Positions 1 to 8,906 of a stretch of DNA of 64,000 bases are shown in pieces. The translations under genes and the position numbers were made by a program. Under the pieces are notes generated by a model that was not told the origin of the DNA, made no database searches, and worked only from the letters and a program-made list of their open reading frames with translations. Origin of the DNA: an uncultured virus (IMG/VR IMGVR_UViG_3300024346_000052) (taxonomy: Duplodnaviria > Heunggongvirae > Uroviricota > Caudoviricetes > Crassvirales); IMG/VR virus record IMGVR_UViG_3300024346_000052; one strand, given 5' to 3'. Every line of letters begins with the position of its first letter. Within the stretch, counting starts at the first letter, position 1.

Positions 1-512
1 ATGATATAGCTAGCATGAAAATAGCTACTTATACTACAAGATTAAATTATATTAAATCAGATGTATTTGCTGGTTTTGCTACTTGGCCAATAATGCCTGT
101 AGAAACTAAACTAGCTATAGACTTTGACGACGCTCAAAAGATGCATGCTAAAAACCTTAAACTAGGTTACGAAGGTTCTATATACAGAACTACTAACGGC
201 AAGTACAAAGGTACAAGATCATGGGATCTTATGAAGTTTAAAGACTTTCACGATGCAGAAGCTACAATTATCGGCTACGATGAAGGTAAAGGCAAGCGTG
301 AAGGTACACTAGGTAAGTTTATTATGCAAGATTATGAAGGAAACAAGTTCGGTTGTCCTCCAGGTAAAGGTTACAACTACAAAGACTTAGCTAATATGCT
401 AGAAAATATACACGACTACATCGGTCAGTATGCTACATTTACATACTTCGAACGAACTAAAGCAGGTAGTTACAGACATCCACATTACAAAGCTATAAGA
501 AATTATGAATAA
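1..512 (+). CDS. ATP-dependent DNA ligase, C-terminal part (5' end outside window)
   Basis: Ligase motifs GYEGSIYR and RSWDLMKFKDFHDAEA plus OB-fold EGKGKREGTLG; frame stays open upstream of ATG 15 to the window edge. Confidence 0.85.
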   Translation, partial: DIASMKIATYTTRLNYIKSDVFAGFATWPIMPVETKLAIDFDDAQKMHAKNLKLGYEGSIYRTTNGKYKGTRSWDLMKFKDFHDAEATIIGYDEGKGKREGTLGKFIMQDYEGNKFGCPPGKGYNYKDLANMLENIHDYIGQYATFTYFERTKAGSYRHPHYKAIRNYE

Positions 513-603
513 ATGCGATATGTGTAACAAATCATTAACAACTAGCGGTCACGACTCTTGCTGTAGTGATTGCTGGGAAGAAAATGCACAATACTATGAA
601 TAA
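505..603 (+). CDS. 32-aa zinc-finger mini-protein (not in ORF track)
   Basis: MNKCDMCNK...SCCSDCWEE; overlaps both neighbours through ATGAATAA junctions. Confidence 0.6.
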   Translation: MNKCDMCNKSLTTSGHDSCCSDCWEENAQYYE

Positions 604-751
604 CAGCTGCAACTACTCAGGTCTTGCCTCTACAGAATCGTGGGGCAAGCCTACGTGCGAAATGTGTAACAAAATTATGAACCAAGAAGACTACGACTAC
701 TGCGATATATGCGGTGATTGTTTAGAAGACGAGGGTGGATTTACAATTTAA
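596..751 (+). CDS. Small zinc-finger protein
   Basis: CEMC...CDICGDC; ATG 596 is coupled to the upstream stop. Confidence 0.65.
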   Translation: MNNSCNYSGLASTESWGKPTCEMCNKIMNQEDYDYCDICGDCLEDEGGFTI

Positions 752-757
752 AAAAAT

Positions 758-877
758 ATGAGAAGATTAATATATGATATGTTTTATGCTGATGAGATCA
801 GCGAAGACGTGGCTTACAAGCTAATAGATAAACTAAATAAAATAAGAGATAAAACTAAATACAGCTGGGAACGATGA
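758..877 (+). CDS. Hypothetical 39-aa protein
   Basis: Hand-translated ORF filling the gap; ATGA overlap with next ORF. Confidence 0.55.
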   Translation: MRRLIYDMFYADEISEDVAYKLIDKLNKIRDKTKYSWER

Positions 878-1044
878 AAGAGATACTTAAAAAACGTAGA
901 TGTTTATCACATAGAAGATATGTAGAACATCGTATGGCGCAGCTTCAAACTGAAATATTCAATGATGCTATGGCAACAGGCATAGTTAACTTAGAAAAAA
1001 GAAAACAATTATTAAAATATAGAACACATTTAAATAACTTATGA
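874..1044 (+). CDS. Hypothetical 56-aa protein
   Basis: ATGA overlaps at both ends. Confidence 0.55.
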   Translation: MKEILKKRRCLSHRRYVEHRMAQLQTEIFNDAMATGIVNLEKRKQLLKYRTHLNNL

Positions 1045-1154
1045 CAGATAAATTAAAACCAATATATGATTCTTTTCAAGAATACATAGAGGCAGAAAAT
1101 ATGATATTTATTACACTGCATGAAAGCGTGACAATAGCTAGTAAAGATAAATAG
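1041..1154 (+). CDS. Hypothetical 37-aa protein
   Basis: ATGA-coupled ORF. Confidence 0.4.
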   Translation: MTDKLKPIYDSFQEYIEAENMIFITLHESVTIASKDK

Positions 1155-1171
1155 TAATAGGCTAATGTCAC
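1128..1171. promoter_or_regulatory. 44-bp palindromic operator-like element, copy 1 (overlaps HTH gene start codon)
   Basis: GTGACAATAGC-N22-GCTAATGTCAC; 34/44 identical to the reverse complement of 60012-60055. Confidence 0.75.
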
Positions 1172-1779
1172 ACCGCGATTTAAAATATTTAAACGATAAC
1201 AGAATAATATATCGTAGGTATTCATCAGACATGCCAACTTCATCTCACAAATGGGGCTGGTATTATAAGAAAGGTACTAACGGGTATTATACTATGTTTA
1301 ATAATAAAGCTAAAATAAACACTATTAGATCTTTAAAATGGCACTTATTAACTTTATGGTACTTAAACCCTGACTTAGATAAAAATAAATTTACTTTACT
1401 AGTTGAGTATATATGTTACAAGCAAAATGGATTTATAACGTTTAGTGCAGGAACTAAATTAATAAACAAATTAATTGAAGATGTTTACAAAAAAGATTTA
1501 GATAGTCCTCCTAAGAATAAATTAAGAAAAATAGTTTTTAAAGATTTTTGTGGTTTAAATAAAAAAGAAAAACTTAAAATTGTTGGAAGATTAATAGGAA
1601 AAAAAACTACAATAGATAAAGAAACAATTTACCAATGCATGATTGATTTGAATAGTGAAGGTAAAAAAATTACAATAAATAAAATAGCAGATATATTAGA
1701 CTGTTCAAGTAGAACAATATATAGAAATATGTGTAATCAATTAAACGAAGAAAAAAAAATATTAAATGAAAAAGTATAA
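1165..1779 (+). CDS. DNA-binding protein with C-terminal helix-turn-helix
   Basis: KITINKIADILDCSSRTIYRN HTH signature. Confidence 0.75.
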   Translation: MSHRDLKYLNDNRIIYRRYSSDMPTSSHKWGWYYKKGTNGYYTMFNNKAKINTIRSLKWHLLTLWYLNPDLDKNKFTLLVEYICYKQNGFITFSAGTKLINKLIEDVYKKDLDSPPKNKLRKIVFKDFCGLNKKEKLKIVGRLIGKKTTIDKETIYQCMIDLNSEGKKITINKIADILDCSSRTIYRNMCNQLNEEKKILNEKV

Positions 1780-2524
1780 TATTAAAAACTACATCCGATA
1801 TAAAGAAGATATAAAGCGGAGTGTATCTAAAATACCTATTAAAGACTTTTTAGATTATACAAACAGCGAATTAAAAGTAATATTTTTGCCTTTAGTAGAA
1901 AATGTTGCAAGAAAATTTTCAACAGCTCAAGAAGCTTCAGGTGTTATGTCTATAATGGATTTAATACAAGAAGGAGCTTTACAACTTTCTAAAGCAGTTG
2001 ATAAATTAGACAAAGAAAAATTAAATAAATCAGAAGACAAAGCAAATACACTAAAATCTTTTTTTGCTAAAAGAATAAGAGGCGGAATACGAAGAGAAAT
2101 AGATAAAAATAGAGCTCAAATGAGAATACCAGAGCATAAGCTAAATGAAATACGCAAAGACAATGGTAAAGATAAAAAAATGGTTGCTATGTTTTTTAAT
2201 AGCATATTTTTAAGTATAGACAATAAACCATATGATGATGAAGATATGATATATCAAATACCAGATAAGTCAGATCCTTATAATGAAACATTATTAAATG
2301 CTTACATTATGAGTTTATTATCTAAAAATCTTGAATGGAACGAAATGTTAGTTCTAAGCAAGAGTTATGGTTTAGATGGACCAAAATGGTCAGCGAACGA
2401 AATAGCTGCAGCATTAGAGCTTAAAGGCGTATCTGCATATGTAAGAGTATCAGAGCTTAAAAAGCAAGCTGTGCAAAAACTAATAGACAACGTAGATCAC
2501 TCGCAAGTGCTTGACTACCTGTAA
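1766..2524 (+). CDS. Phage sigma-70 family RNA polymerase sigma factor
   Basis: Region 2 LPLVENVARKF...MDLIQEG...KAVDK, then RIPEH; region 4 YGLDG...ANEIA...RVSELKKQA. Confidence 0.85.
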   Translation: MKKYNIKNYIRYKEDIKRSVSKIPIKDFLDYTNSELKVIFLPLVENVARKFSTAQEASGVMSIMDLIQEGALQLSKAVDKLDKEKLNKSEDKANTLKSFFAKRIRGGIRREIDKNRAQMRIPEHKLNEIRKDNGKDKKMVAMFFNSIFLSIDNKPYDDEDMIYQIPDKSDPYNETLLNAYIMSLLSKNLEWNEMLVLSKSYGLDGPKWSANEIAAALELKGVSAYVRVSELKKQAVQKLIDNVDHSQVLDYL

Positions 2525-2549
2525 ATTATAATATAAACATGTAATTATA
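2521..2549 (+). promoter_or_regulatory. Class B (middle/late) promoter-like motif
   Basis: GTAAA-N15-GTAATTATA; same spacing recurs at five other sites just upstream of genes. Confidence 0.6.
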
Positions 2550-2554
2550 ACTAT

Positions 2555-3109
2555 ATGACAATATACCAAAAATTAACCACAATTCAAACAAAGTTTAAAT
2601 CGAAGAAGAGTAGATTTAACTCATTCGGCAAGTACTATTTCAGGTCTGCCGAAGACATCCTAGAAGCTACAAAACCCTTTTTAAAGGAGCTAGACGTTGC
2701 AGTAACGATCACTGAAGAATTAATATCTTTTGATCCTGCCGTACTTAAAGTAACAGCTAAAATTATGAATGGCGAAGCCGATGCAGGCTTAGGTTCTCAT
2801 AAACATGCTGAAGCTGTAGCTATTGTAGGCGTCGATTTAGATCAGAAAGGTATGCAAATGCCGCAACGTTACGGTGCAGCTAGTTCTTACGGTAAGAAAT
2901 ATGCACTAGGTAATTTGTTTTTAATTGATGACACACAAGATGCAGATGCAACTAATGCTCATAATAAAAAGCAAAATACAAAAATAGCTATATCAGCTGT
3001 ACAACTACAAAAGGCTAAAGAATATATAAAGTCTGGCGGTAAAGTTGAAGCAATAAAAGCTAAATATAAATTAACAAAAGAAGTAGAACAAGAGTTAACT
3101 ACATTATGA
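2555..3109 (+). CDS. erf: ERF-family ssDNA annealing recombinase
   Basis: FNSFGKYYFRSAEDILEA and GAASSYGKKYALGNLFLIDD.DAD ERF motifs. Confidence 0.85.
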   Translation: MTIYQKLTTIQTKFKSKKSRFNSFGKYYFRSAEDILEATKPFLKELDVAVTITEELISFDPAVLKVTAKIMNGEADAGLGSHKHAEAVAIVGVDLDQKGMQMPQRYGAASSYGKKYALGNLFLIDDTQDADATNAHNKKQNTKIAISAVQLQKAKEYIKSGGKVEAIKAKYKLTKEVEQELTTL

Positions 3110-3840
3110 AAAACAAAGAAAAAGTACTAGAGAGGCTAAAGAATGATGAAGATTACTATGGTGAGTTTGGCAAGCAGTTTATATCTAACTCAGATATAAG
3201 AACGTTAATGACAAACCCACTAGGTTTTAAAGAACCATCAGCTCAAGCTCCTCACTTTCTTATTGGTGGTTACTTTCATACTGCAATACTAGAGCCTGAA
3301 AAAATAAAAAACTTTAAAATAGTTGAAGCCTCATCGCGTAATACAAAGCTTTACAAAGAAATAACAAATGGAGAAGTTTGTTTATTACAGCACGAAGTTG
3401 ACAAGACGGAAGCTTTAGTTGATAAGATGATGAATAATACAATATGTAGAGATCTTATTCATACTGAAGGTAATGATTTTGAAGTTCCAGGCGTTACTGA
3501 AGTTTACGGTAATATGTGGAAAGGTAAAGCAGACATTGTTAACCACAAAGAAAAGCTAGTTGTTGATCTTAAGACTACATCAGACTTAGAGAAGTTTCAT
3601 TGGTCAGCTAAGAAATACAACTACGATAGTCAAGCTTACATATACAGTCAATTATTTGGCTACGATATGTTATTTATAGCTATCGACAAAAACACAGGTC
3701 AAATTGGTATATTCGACTGCTCACAGGATTTTTATAAGACTGGAGCAGACAAAGCTGAGAAAGCTTCTGAAATATATGATTTATTTTTTAAAAATGATGA
3801 TTTTGACCCTAATAATTACTTTATAAATAAAACCCTATAA
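3106..3840 (+). CDS. PD-(D/E)xK exonuclease (RecE/ExoVIII-like)
   Basis: GGYFHTAILEP, KGKADIV...VVDLKTT, YDSQAYIY; adjacent to erf. Confidence 0.8.
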   Translation: MKNKEKVLERLKNDEDYYGEFGKQFISNSDIRTLMTNPLGFKEPSAQAPHFLIGGYFHTAILEPEKIKNFKIVEASSRNTKLYKEITNGEVCLLQHEVDKTEALVDKMMNNTICRDLIHTEGNDFEVPGVTEVYGNMWKGKADIVNHKEKLVVDLKTTSDLEKFHWSAKKYNYDSQAYIYSQLFGYDMLFIAIDKNTGQIGIFDCSQDFYKTGADKAEKASEIYDLFFKNDDFDPNNYFINKTL

Positions 3841-3841
3841 T

Positions 3842-4156
3842 ATGGCAGGAATAATAAAAGCAAGTATCAATTTAAATGCAATTGATAAATCAAAAATAAT
3901 CGAAGGCAAGAAAGGTAAATACCTACCTATTACGATTACAGTAAATGATGAACCAGATCAGTTTGGTAATCAAGGTCCTGTTATAATCGATCAGTCTAAA
4001 GAAGAAAGAGAAGCTAAGATAGCTAAGACCTATCTTGGAAATTGTAAGGTAGTATGGACAAACGGTGTTTTTCCAGACAAAATACCTTATGAAGGCGGTG
4101 GACAAGCTCCAGCACCAAAACCACAAGCAAAGGTAGCAGATGATCTACCATTTTAA
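3842..4156 (+). CDS. Single-stranded DNA-binding protein
   Basis: Pro-rich linker, C-terminal DDLPF tail, replication context. Confidence 0.7.
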   Translation: MAGIIKASINLNAIDKSKIIEGKKGKYLPITITVNDEPDQFGNQGPVIIDQSKEEREAKIAKTYLGNCKVVWTNGVFPDKIPYEGGGQAPAPKPQAKVADDLPF

Positions 4157-4169
4157 TTAAATTCAATTA

Positions 4170-5879
4170 ATGCAAGTTGAAGAAGTAGAAATAAACGGAT
4201 TCTTAATTGAATCATTTAATCAGCACGGCTTAGACGTAGGTAAAACGCAGGGGATTTGTCCCCTGTGTTCTATTGATAGGAAACCTGAGAATAAGAAAGC
4301 TAAATGTTCTTCTTATGATTGGGAACGTGGTATCGGTACTTGCCATAATTGTGATAAATCTTACCAGTTACATACATTTAAACGTAAAGGCAAAGCTGAG
4401 CGTGATTATGTAATACCTGAAGTGAAACACAGACCAGTTGAATCTAAAGTAGTTGATTGGTTTAAAACAAGAGGTATATCTAAACAAACCTTAGATGAGG
4501 TTGGTGTAGGTGAAGGTAAAGAGTTTATGCCACAGACTGGCAAGCCTGAGAATACTATTCAGTTTAATTATTATGTAGGTGGAAACCTAACTAATGTTAA
4601 ATATAGAGATGGACGTAAGAACTTTAAGCTATATAAAGGAGCAGAAAAAGTATTTTACAATATAGACAACACCGTAGGACATGATACATGTATTATAGTT
4701 GAAGGCGAAATGGATGTGTTAGCTTTACATGAAGCAGGTGTAACAAACGCCATATCAGTTCCAAACGGTGCTACATTAAATAGTAATAATTTAGATTACT
4801 TAGATAATTGTATTGATTACTTTGATGACAAAGAAAAGATAATCATTGCAGTAGATAATGATCCACCAGGCTTAGCCTTACAGTCAGAACTTGTAAGACG
4901 TCTTGGAGCTGAGGTTTGTTATCTAGCATCATTTGATGACTGTAAAGATGCTAATGAATATCTAATGAAATACAGTGCGTTAGAATTAAAGTCTAGAGTC
5001 TTAGACGCGAGACCTGTACCATTAGAAAACGTTACAACATTTAAAGACATTGAAGATGAAGTCACAGACTTTGTTCGTAATGGTTTTAAACGTGGCTTTC
5101 AAATTGGTTTACCTAACTTTGACAATATCTTTTCTACATATACTAAGCAGTTTATAACTGTTACAGGTATACCTAGTTCAGGTAAGTCAGACTTTGTAGA
5201 TCAAATGGTTGTAGGTTACAATAAAGAGTATGAATGGAAGACAGCGTTTGCATCTCCTGAAAATGCTCCTACGTTCTTACATGCACATAAGCTTATGCGT
5301 AAAGTCTGGGGTGATATGCCTAACAAAGGCGATATTGGCGGAGACAAATGGAATCAAGTAGCTGATCATGTTAATAAGAACTTTTTCTTTATTGATATGG
5401 AACGTTATACGTTAGAATCTGTTTTACGTAAAGGCGCTGAGCTAGTTAAACGTAAAGGTATTAAGTGTTTAGTTATTGATCCATATAATAAGGTTAGAGA
5501 CGTCGATTCACATACTGAAGACGTTAACCGATATACAATGGAATACTTAACTAAGATTGAAACCTTTGCTAAGAAGTATGATGTGTTAGTGTTTATAGTT
5601 GCACATCCAACTAAGATGTATAAGACACAAGACGGCAAGATCGAAGAGCCAACGATGTATAATATAAAAGGTGGTGGTGAATGGTATGATGCTAGTTACC
5701 ACGGCTTGTTAGTTCATCGTGACTATGACAATAAAACAACTAAAGTTAAAGTACTTAAATGTAAGTTTCAGAACTTAGGTGAAAACGGAGCTGAAGCTCA
5801 TTTTACTTGGGAACCTAGATCAGGTTGTTTTGTTCCTCACGATGTGCCTGACTTAGATGAAGCTATGCCATGGGAGTAG
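4170..5879 (+). CDS. Primase-helicase (T7 gp4/Twinkle-like)
   Basis: CPLC...CHNC zinc finger, TOPRIM EGEMD and DND, Walker A GIPSSGKS, LVIDP, VAHPTK. Confidence 0.92.
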   Translation: MQVEEVEINGFLIESFNQHGLDVGKTQGICPLCSIDRKPENKKAKCSSYDWERGIGTCHNCDKSYQLHTFKRKGKAERDYVIPEVKHRPVESKVVDWFKTRGISKQTLDEVGVGEGKEFMPQTGKPENTIQFNYYVGGNLTNVKYRDGRKNFKLYKGAEKVFYNIDNTVGHDTCIIVEGEMDVLALHEAGVTNAISVPNGATLNSNNLDYLDNCIDYFDDKEKIIIAVDNDPPGLALQSELVRRLGAEVCYLASFDDCKDANEYLMKYSALELKSRVLDARPVPLENVTTFKDIEDEVTDFVRNGFKRGFQIGLPNFDNIFSTYTKQFITVTGIPSSGKSDFVDQMVVGYNKEYEWKTAFASPENAPTFLHAHKLMRKVWGDMPNKGDIGGDKWNQVADHVNKNFFFIDMERYTLESVLRKGAELVKRKGIKCLVIDPYNKVRDVDSHTEDVNRYTMEYLTKIETFAKKYDVLVFIVAHPTKMYKTQDGKIEEPTMYNIKGGGEWYDASYHGLLVHRDYDNKTTKVKVLKCKFQNLGENGAEAHFTWEPRSGCFVPHDVPDLDEAMPWE

Positions 5880-6058
5880 AATTAGTTAAAGGTGTTGATT
5901 ACAATTATGTATATTCTATAAAGGCTAATAATGTTATTTATAAAACATATACTAAAGACACTGTTGATATGTATGAGGCTATATTAGATAAGTTTAATAT
6001 AAAATATAAAACAACTTATGATAAAGACAGTAAATTGGAAACCACCACCGTGGAGTAA
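5870..6058 (+). CDS. Hypothetical protein
   Basis: Overlapping ORF within operon. Confidence 0.5.
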   Translation: MGVELVKGVDYNYVYSIKANNVIYKTYTKDTVDMYEAILDKFNIKYKTTYDKDSKLETTTVE

Positions 6059-6269
6059 AGAATATAGAAAAATATATTCTTGGTGTTTAAAACACGGAAT
6101 AAAAATATACCCTGTAGCTACTGCTAAAGGAGAAAAAAATAAAAACTGTTATATAGAAGTAAGTGTAAATGGTAAAACAACATTATCGCCTAAGCATTAT
6201 GGTGTTAGTGAATTATGGCCTAAAATATTTGAGCTATATAAGTTTTATTACGACAAACGTACAAACTAA
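6018..6269 (+). CDS. Hypothetical protein
   Basis: ORF within operon. Confidence 0.6.
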   Translation: MIKTVNWKPPPWSKEYRKIYSWCLKHGIKIYPVATAKGEKNKNCYIEVSVNGKTTLSPKHYGVSELWPKIFELYKFYYDKRTN

Positions 6270-6290
6270 ATACGATAAAGTTTAGATAAT
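6260..6290 (+). promoter_or_regulatory. Class A (early-type) 31-bp promoter motif
   Basis: TACAAACTAAATACGATAAAGTTTAGATAAT, ending 6 nt before ATG 6297. Confidence 0.75.
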
Positions 6291-6296
6291 ATAAAC

Positions 6297-6983
6297 ATGA
6301 GAGAATATAAATTTAAAAATGCTAGTGAAGCTTTTGACTTTTATTATGGTACAATACCGTATGAAGGTAAAAACTTTGGTAATACTAAAGCTATGTTTAA
6401 CCAAGGCTTTACTATATTAAACCCAGTTGATCGCATAATAACTAATGAAGCTAGAAACTTTAATGTTGAATACGCAGAAGCTGAATGGCAATGGTATTTA
6501 TCAGGTGATCCATCTACAGCTAAGCTTGGTGAAATATATGGTAAGATACCTAAGATATGGCAGGATATGGCTGATGGTAATGGTAGAGTTAATTCTAACT
6601 ATGGTTATCAATGGGAAAGAGGTTATCAACTAGATAAAGTTGTAGCTATGTTAAAAGAAAATCCTGACACAAGACAGGCTTGTGTATCTATATATGATGG
6701 TAAAGAAATTACCAGATACAGACACGATACACCTTGTACCTACGCTGTACAGTTTACAGTTGTAGATAACAAGCTTGATATGTGTGTTACGATGCGTTCT
6801 AACGATCTTTGGTTCGGTTTCTGTAATGATCAATATCAATTCAGTAAACTGCAAGAGATGGTCTCAGAACGTACAGGATATAAAGTTGGTGTATATTATC
6901 ATTTTGCACATAACTTACATATCTATGACGATCAGTTACCAGAACAAAATACACTAACATCTAGAGCTAAACAATATGGATAA
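6297..6983 (+). CDS. dCMP hydroxymethylase-like enzyme (thymidylate synthase superfamily, T4 gp42-like)
   Basis: PKIWQDMA..G.VNSNYG, catalytic Cys in DTPCT, MRSNDLWFGFCND with Asp at the E. coli ThyA Asn177 position, NLHIY. Confidence 0.8.
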   Translation: MREYKFKNASEAFDFYYGTIPYEGKNFGNTKAMFNQGFTILNPVDRIITNEARNFNVEYAEAEWQWYLSGDPSTAKLGEIYGKIPKIWQDMADGNGRVNSNYGYQWERGYQLDKVVAMLKENPDTRQACVSIYDGKEITRYRHDTPCTYAVQFTVVDNKLDMCVTMRSNDLWFGFCNDQYQFSKLQEMVSERTGYKVGVYYHFAHNLHIYDDQLPEQNTLTSRAKQYG

Positions 6984-7845
6984 AATAAATTATTATTTAT
7001 ACCATATACCGGGTAAAAAAATAGGTGTTACACGTGATCTTATAAGCAGAGTCGTAGAACAACAAGGTTACGACTTAGACGAAGTAGAAGTTCTAGAGCA
7101 AAGTACAGATATAAACTATATATCTGACCGCGAGTTAGAACTTCAATTGTCTCATGGCTATAGGGTTGACAGACAGAAATACAAAGACTTATATATAAAC
7201 CAAAAACCAAAATCAAATAATATGAATATAAATGCAACCGAACAAACCTCAACATTCCCTTGTCCATTATCTAAACTTAAAGGTAGATTAATGGATAATA
7301 TGGGTATGACATGGTTAACGTCTCACGGTAAGTTTGAGATTAATATGGATACAATAGCTTGGATAATGAAAAATGCAACTACTTCTATGTATACAACTGA
7401 AAGATGTTATATATATAATAAGTCTTTTGCTAAATACTTTAAAACAGTTGAATTTCCTTTTGGTGATGATGCTTATCAAGCTTATCACGATGCTTTAACT
7501 GAAAGGGTTAAACCAAGTAATGGTAACCCTAATTACAATGAACTTAACCTCGATAGGTTTCAGTTAATAAGAGACTGGGCTGGCGAAAGAGGTTTATACA
7601 GTAAAGGCGATACTAAAACTCAGTTCTGTAAGCTAATGGAAGAAGCTGGCGAACTAGGTAGAGCTATACTAAAAGATGATAACCCTGAATTTAGAGATGC
7701 TATCGGTGACATGGTTGTAGTTCTTACAAACTTAGCTCATATGGGCGGAACAACCATTGAAGATTGTATAGACGAAGCTTACGATGTTATCTCTAAGAGA
7801 ACTGGTAAAATGGTTAACGGAACATTTGTTAAAGATGAAAAGTAA
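6976..7845 (+). CDS. Fusion of N-terminal GIY-YIG-like domain and C-terminal MazG-like NTP pyrophosphohydrolase
   Basis: YYLYHI..KKIGVTRDLISRV...DRELEL; C-terminal KLMEEAGEL...DAIGDMVVVL. Confidence 0.72.
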   Translation: MDKINYYLYHIPGKKIGVTRDLISRVVEQQGYDLDEVEVLEQSTDINYISDRELELQLSHGYRVDRQKYKDLYINQKPKSNNMNINATEQTSTFPCPLSKLKGRLMDNMGMTWLTSHGKFEINMDTIAWIMKNATTSMYTTERCYIYNKSFAKYFKTVEFPFGDDAYQAYHDALTERVKPSNGNPNYNELNLDRFQLIRDWAGERGLYSKGDTKTQFCKLMEEAGELGRAILKDDNPEFRDAIGDMVVVLTNLAHMGGTTIEDCIDEAYDVISKRTGKMVNGTFVKDEK

Positions 7846-8152
7846 GACTATTAAATTCAGAGATCCAGTCGTTGAGAACGTTGTGGATAAGTTTGTATCA
7901 AGATCTGATGTTGGCTTTAATAAGTATGGCAGAACATTAGATACTGAACGTAGAGGCAAACATAAAGATCTAGCAGGTTATCTTAATGATATACAAGAAG
8001 AGCTTATGGATGCTATACTATATATTCAAGCTGCACGTGAAGAGTTAAATGATAACTTAATCAGTGAAACGGTAGCAGAAGCTAATAAAGCTAGTTTCAG
8101 ACCGCCACATCCTAGTCATGCTGAAGATTTAGAATATGGTTCGCCGGTATAG
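7835..8152 (+). CDS. Putative all-alpha NTP pyrophosphatase-like protein
   Basis: RSDVGFNKYG...IQEELMDAILY; ATG 7835 overlaps the upstream stop region. Confidence 0.5.
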   Translation: MKSKTIKFRDPVVENVVDKFVSRSDVGFNKYGRTLDTERRGKHKDLAGYLNDIQEELMDAILYIQAAREELNDNLISETVAEANKASFRPPHPSHAEDLEYGSPV

Positions 8153-8585
8153 TAAAAAGAAAGGTCCGGTAAGATCTAAAAAAACTAAGCACGATGGAAT
8201 ACAATTTGCATCAGGGCTTGAAAAACATATGTATATAGCTTTAAAGAAAGCTAAAATTAAAGCACATTACGAGGGACAAACTTACGAGCTTGTCCCTTCT
8301 TTTAACTTTGAACAAGAAGCTTATGAAAGACAAAGCAACGGCAAGGGTGAATACCGCAATCGAGGTAATAAAAAAATACTTAATATTAAGTATACTCCAG
8401 ATTTTGTGGGAGATAATTTTATTATTGAATGTAAAGGACGTGCTAATGAATCTTTTCCCATACGTTGGAAGTTATTTAAAGCTTTTGTACATGAAAACTT
8501 ACCGAACATTACGTTATACAAACCTCAAAATCAAAAAGAATGCGAAGAGACCGTGAACCTAATTCTTGGGAAAAAAAAGATATAG
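8136..8585 (+). CDS. T7 endonuclease I-like Holliday junction resolvase
   Basis: FASGLEK...YTPDF...IIECKG. Confidence 0.8.
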   Translation: MVRRYSKKKGPVRSKKTKHDGIQFASGLEKHMYIALKKAKIKAHYEGQTYELVPSFNFEQEAYERQSNGKGEYRNRGNKKILNIKYTPDFVGDNFIIECKGRANESFPIRWKLFKAFVHENLPNITLYKPQNQKECEETVNLILGKKKI

Positions 8586-8713
8586 CAAGAAGAAAATATG
8601 CAGAACGACAATTACAGAAGTTTATAGATTGGAGTATATCGTCTAAGGGATATTTAAAATATAAAGAATTAATAGAATATGAAAGAAAGTACTCTGCTAG
8701 AGATGCAGAATAA
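8540..8713 (+). CDS. Hypothetical 57-aa protein (not in ORF track)
   Basis: Hand-translated ORF bridging the 8585-8679 gap. Confidence 0.45.
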   Translation: MRRDREPNSWEKKDIARRKYAERQLQKFIDWSISSKGYLKYKELIEYERKYSARDAE

Positions 8714-8906
8714 AATTGCGGCATTAACAAGAGTTGTGCAACAAATGATAAATGAAATGAATATACTTAGTACCACTGCAATGGGTACTTTAGAAACTGT
8801 AAAATTAATACCAGGCTACGATAGAGCTATAGAGTTCTTAAAAAAAGAAGCTGAAAAATTAGAAAAAGAAAAGAAAAATGGAGTTATCGAACAAAATACT
8901 AAGTGA
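8679..8906 (+). CDS. Hypothetical coiled-coil protein
   Basis: ORF within operon. Confidence 0.6.
   Translation: MKESTLLEMQNKIAALTRVVQQMINEMNILSTTAMGTLETVKLIPGYDRAIEFLKKEAEKLEKEKKNGVIEQNTK

Noticed and set aside
6297..6983. Annotation as ordinary thyA
   Set aside because: Asp replaces the dUMP-specifying Asn and the motifs match the gp42 type
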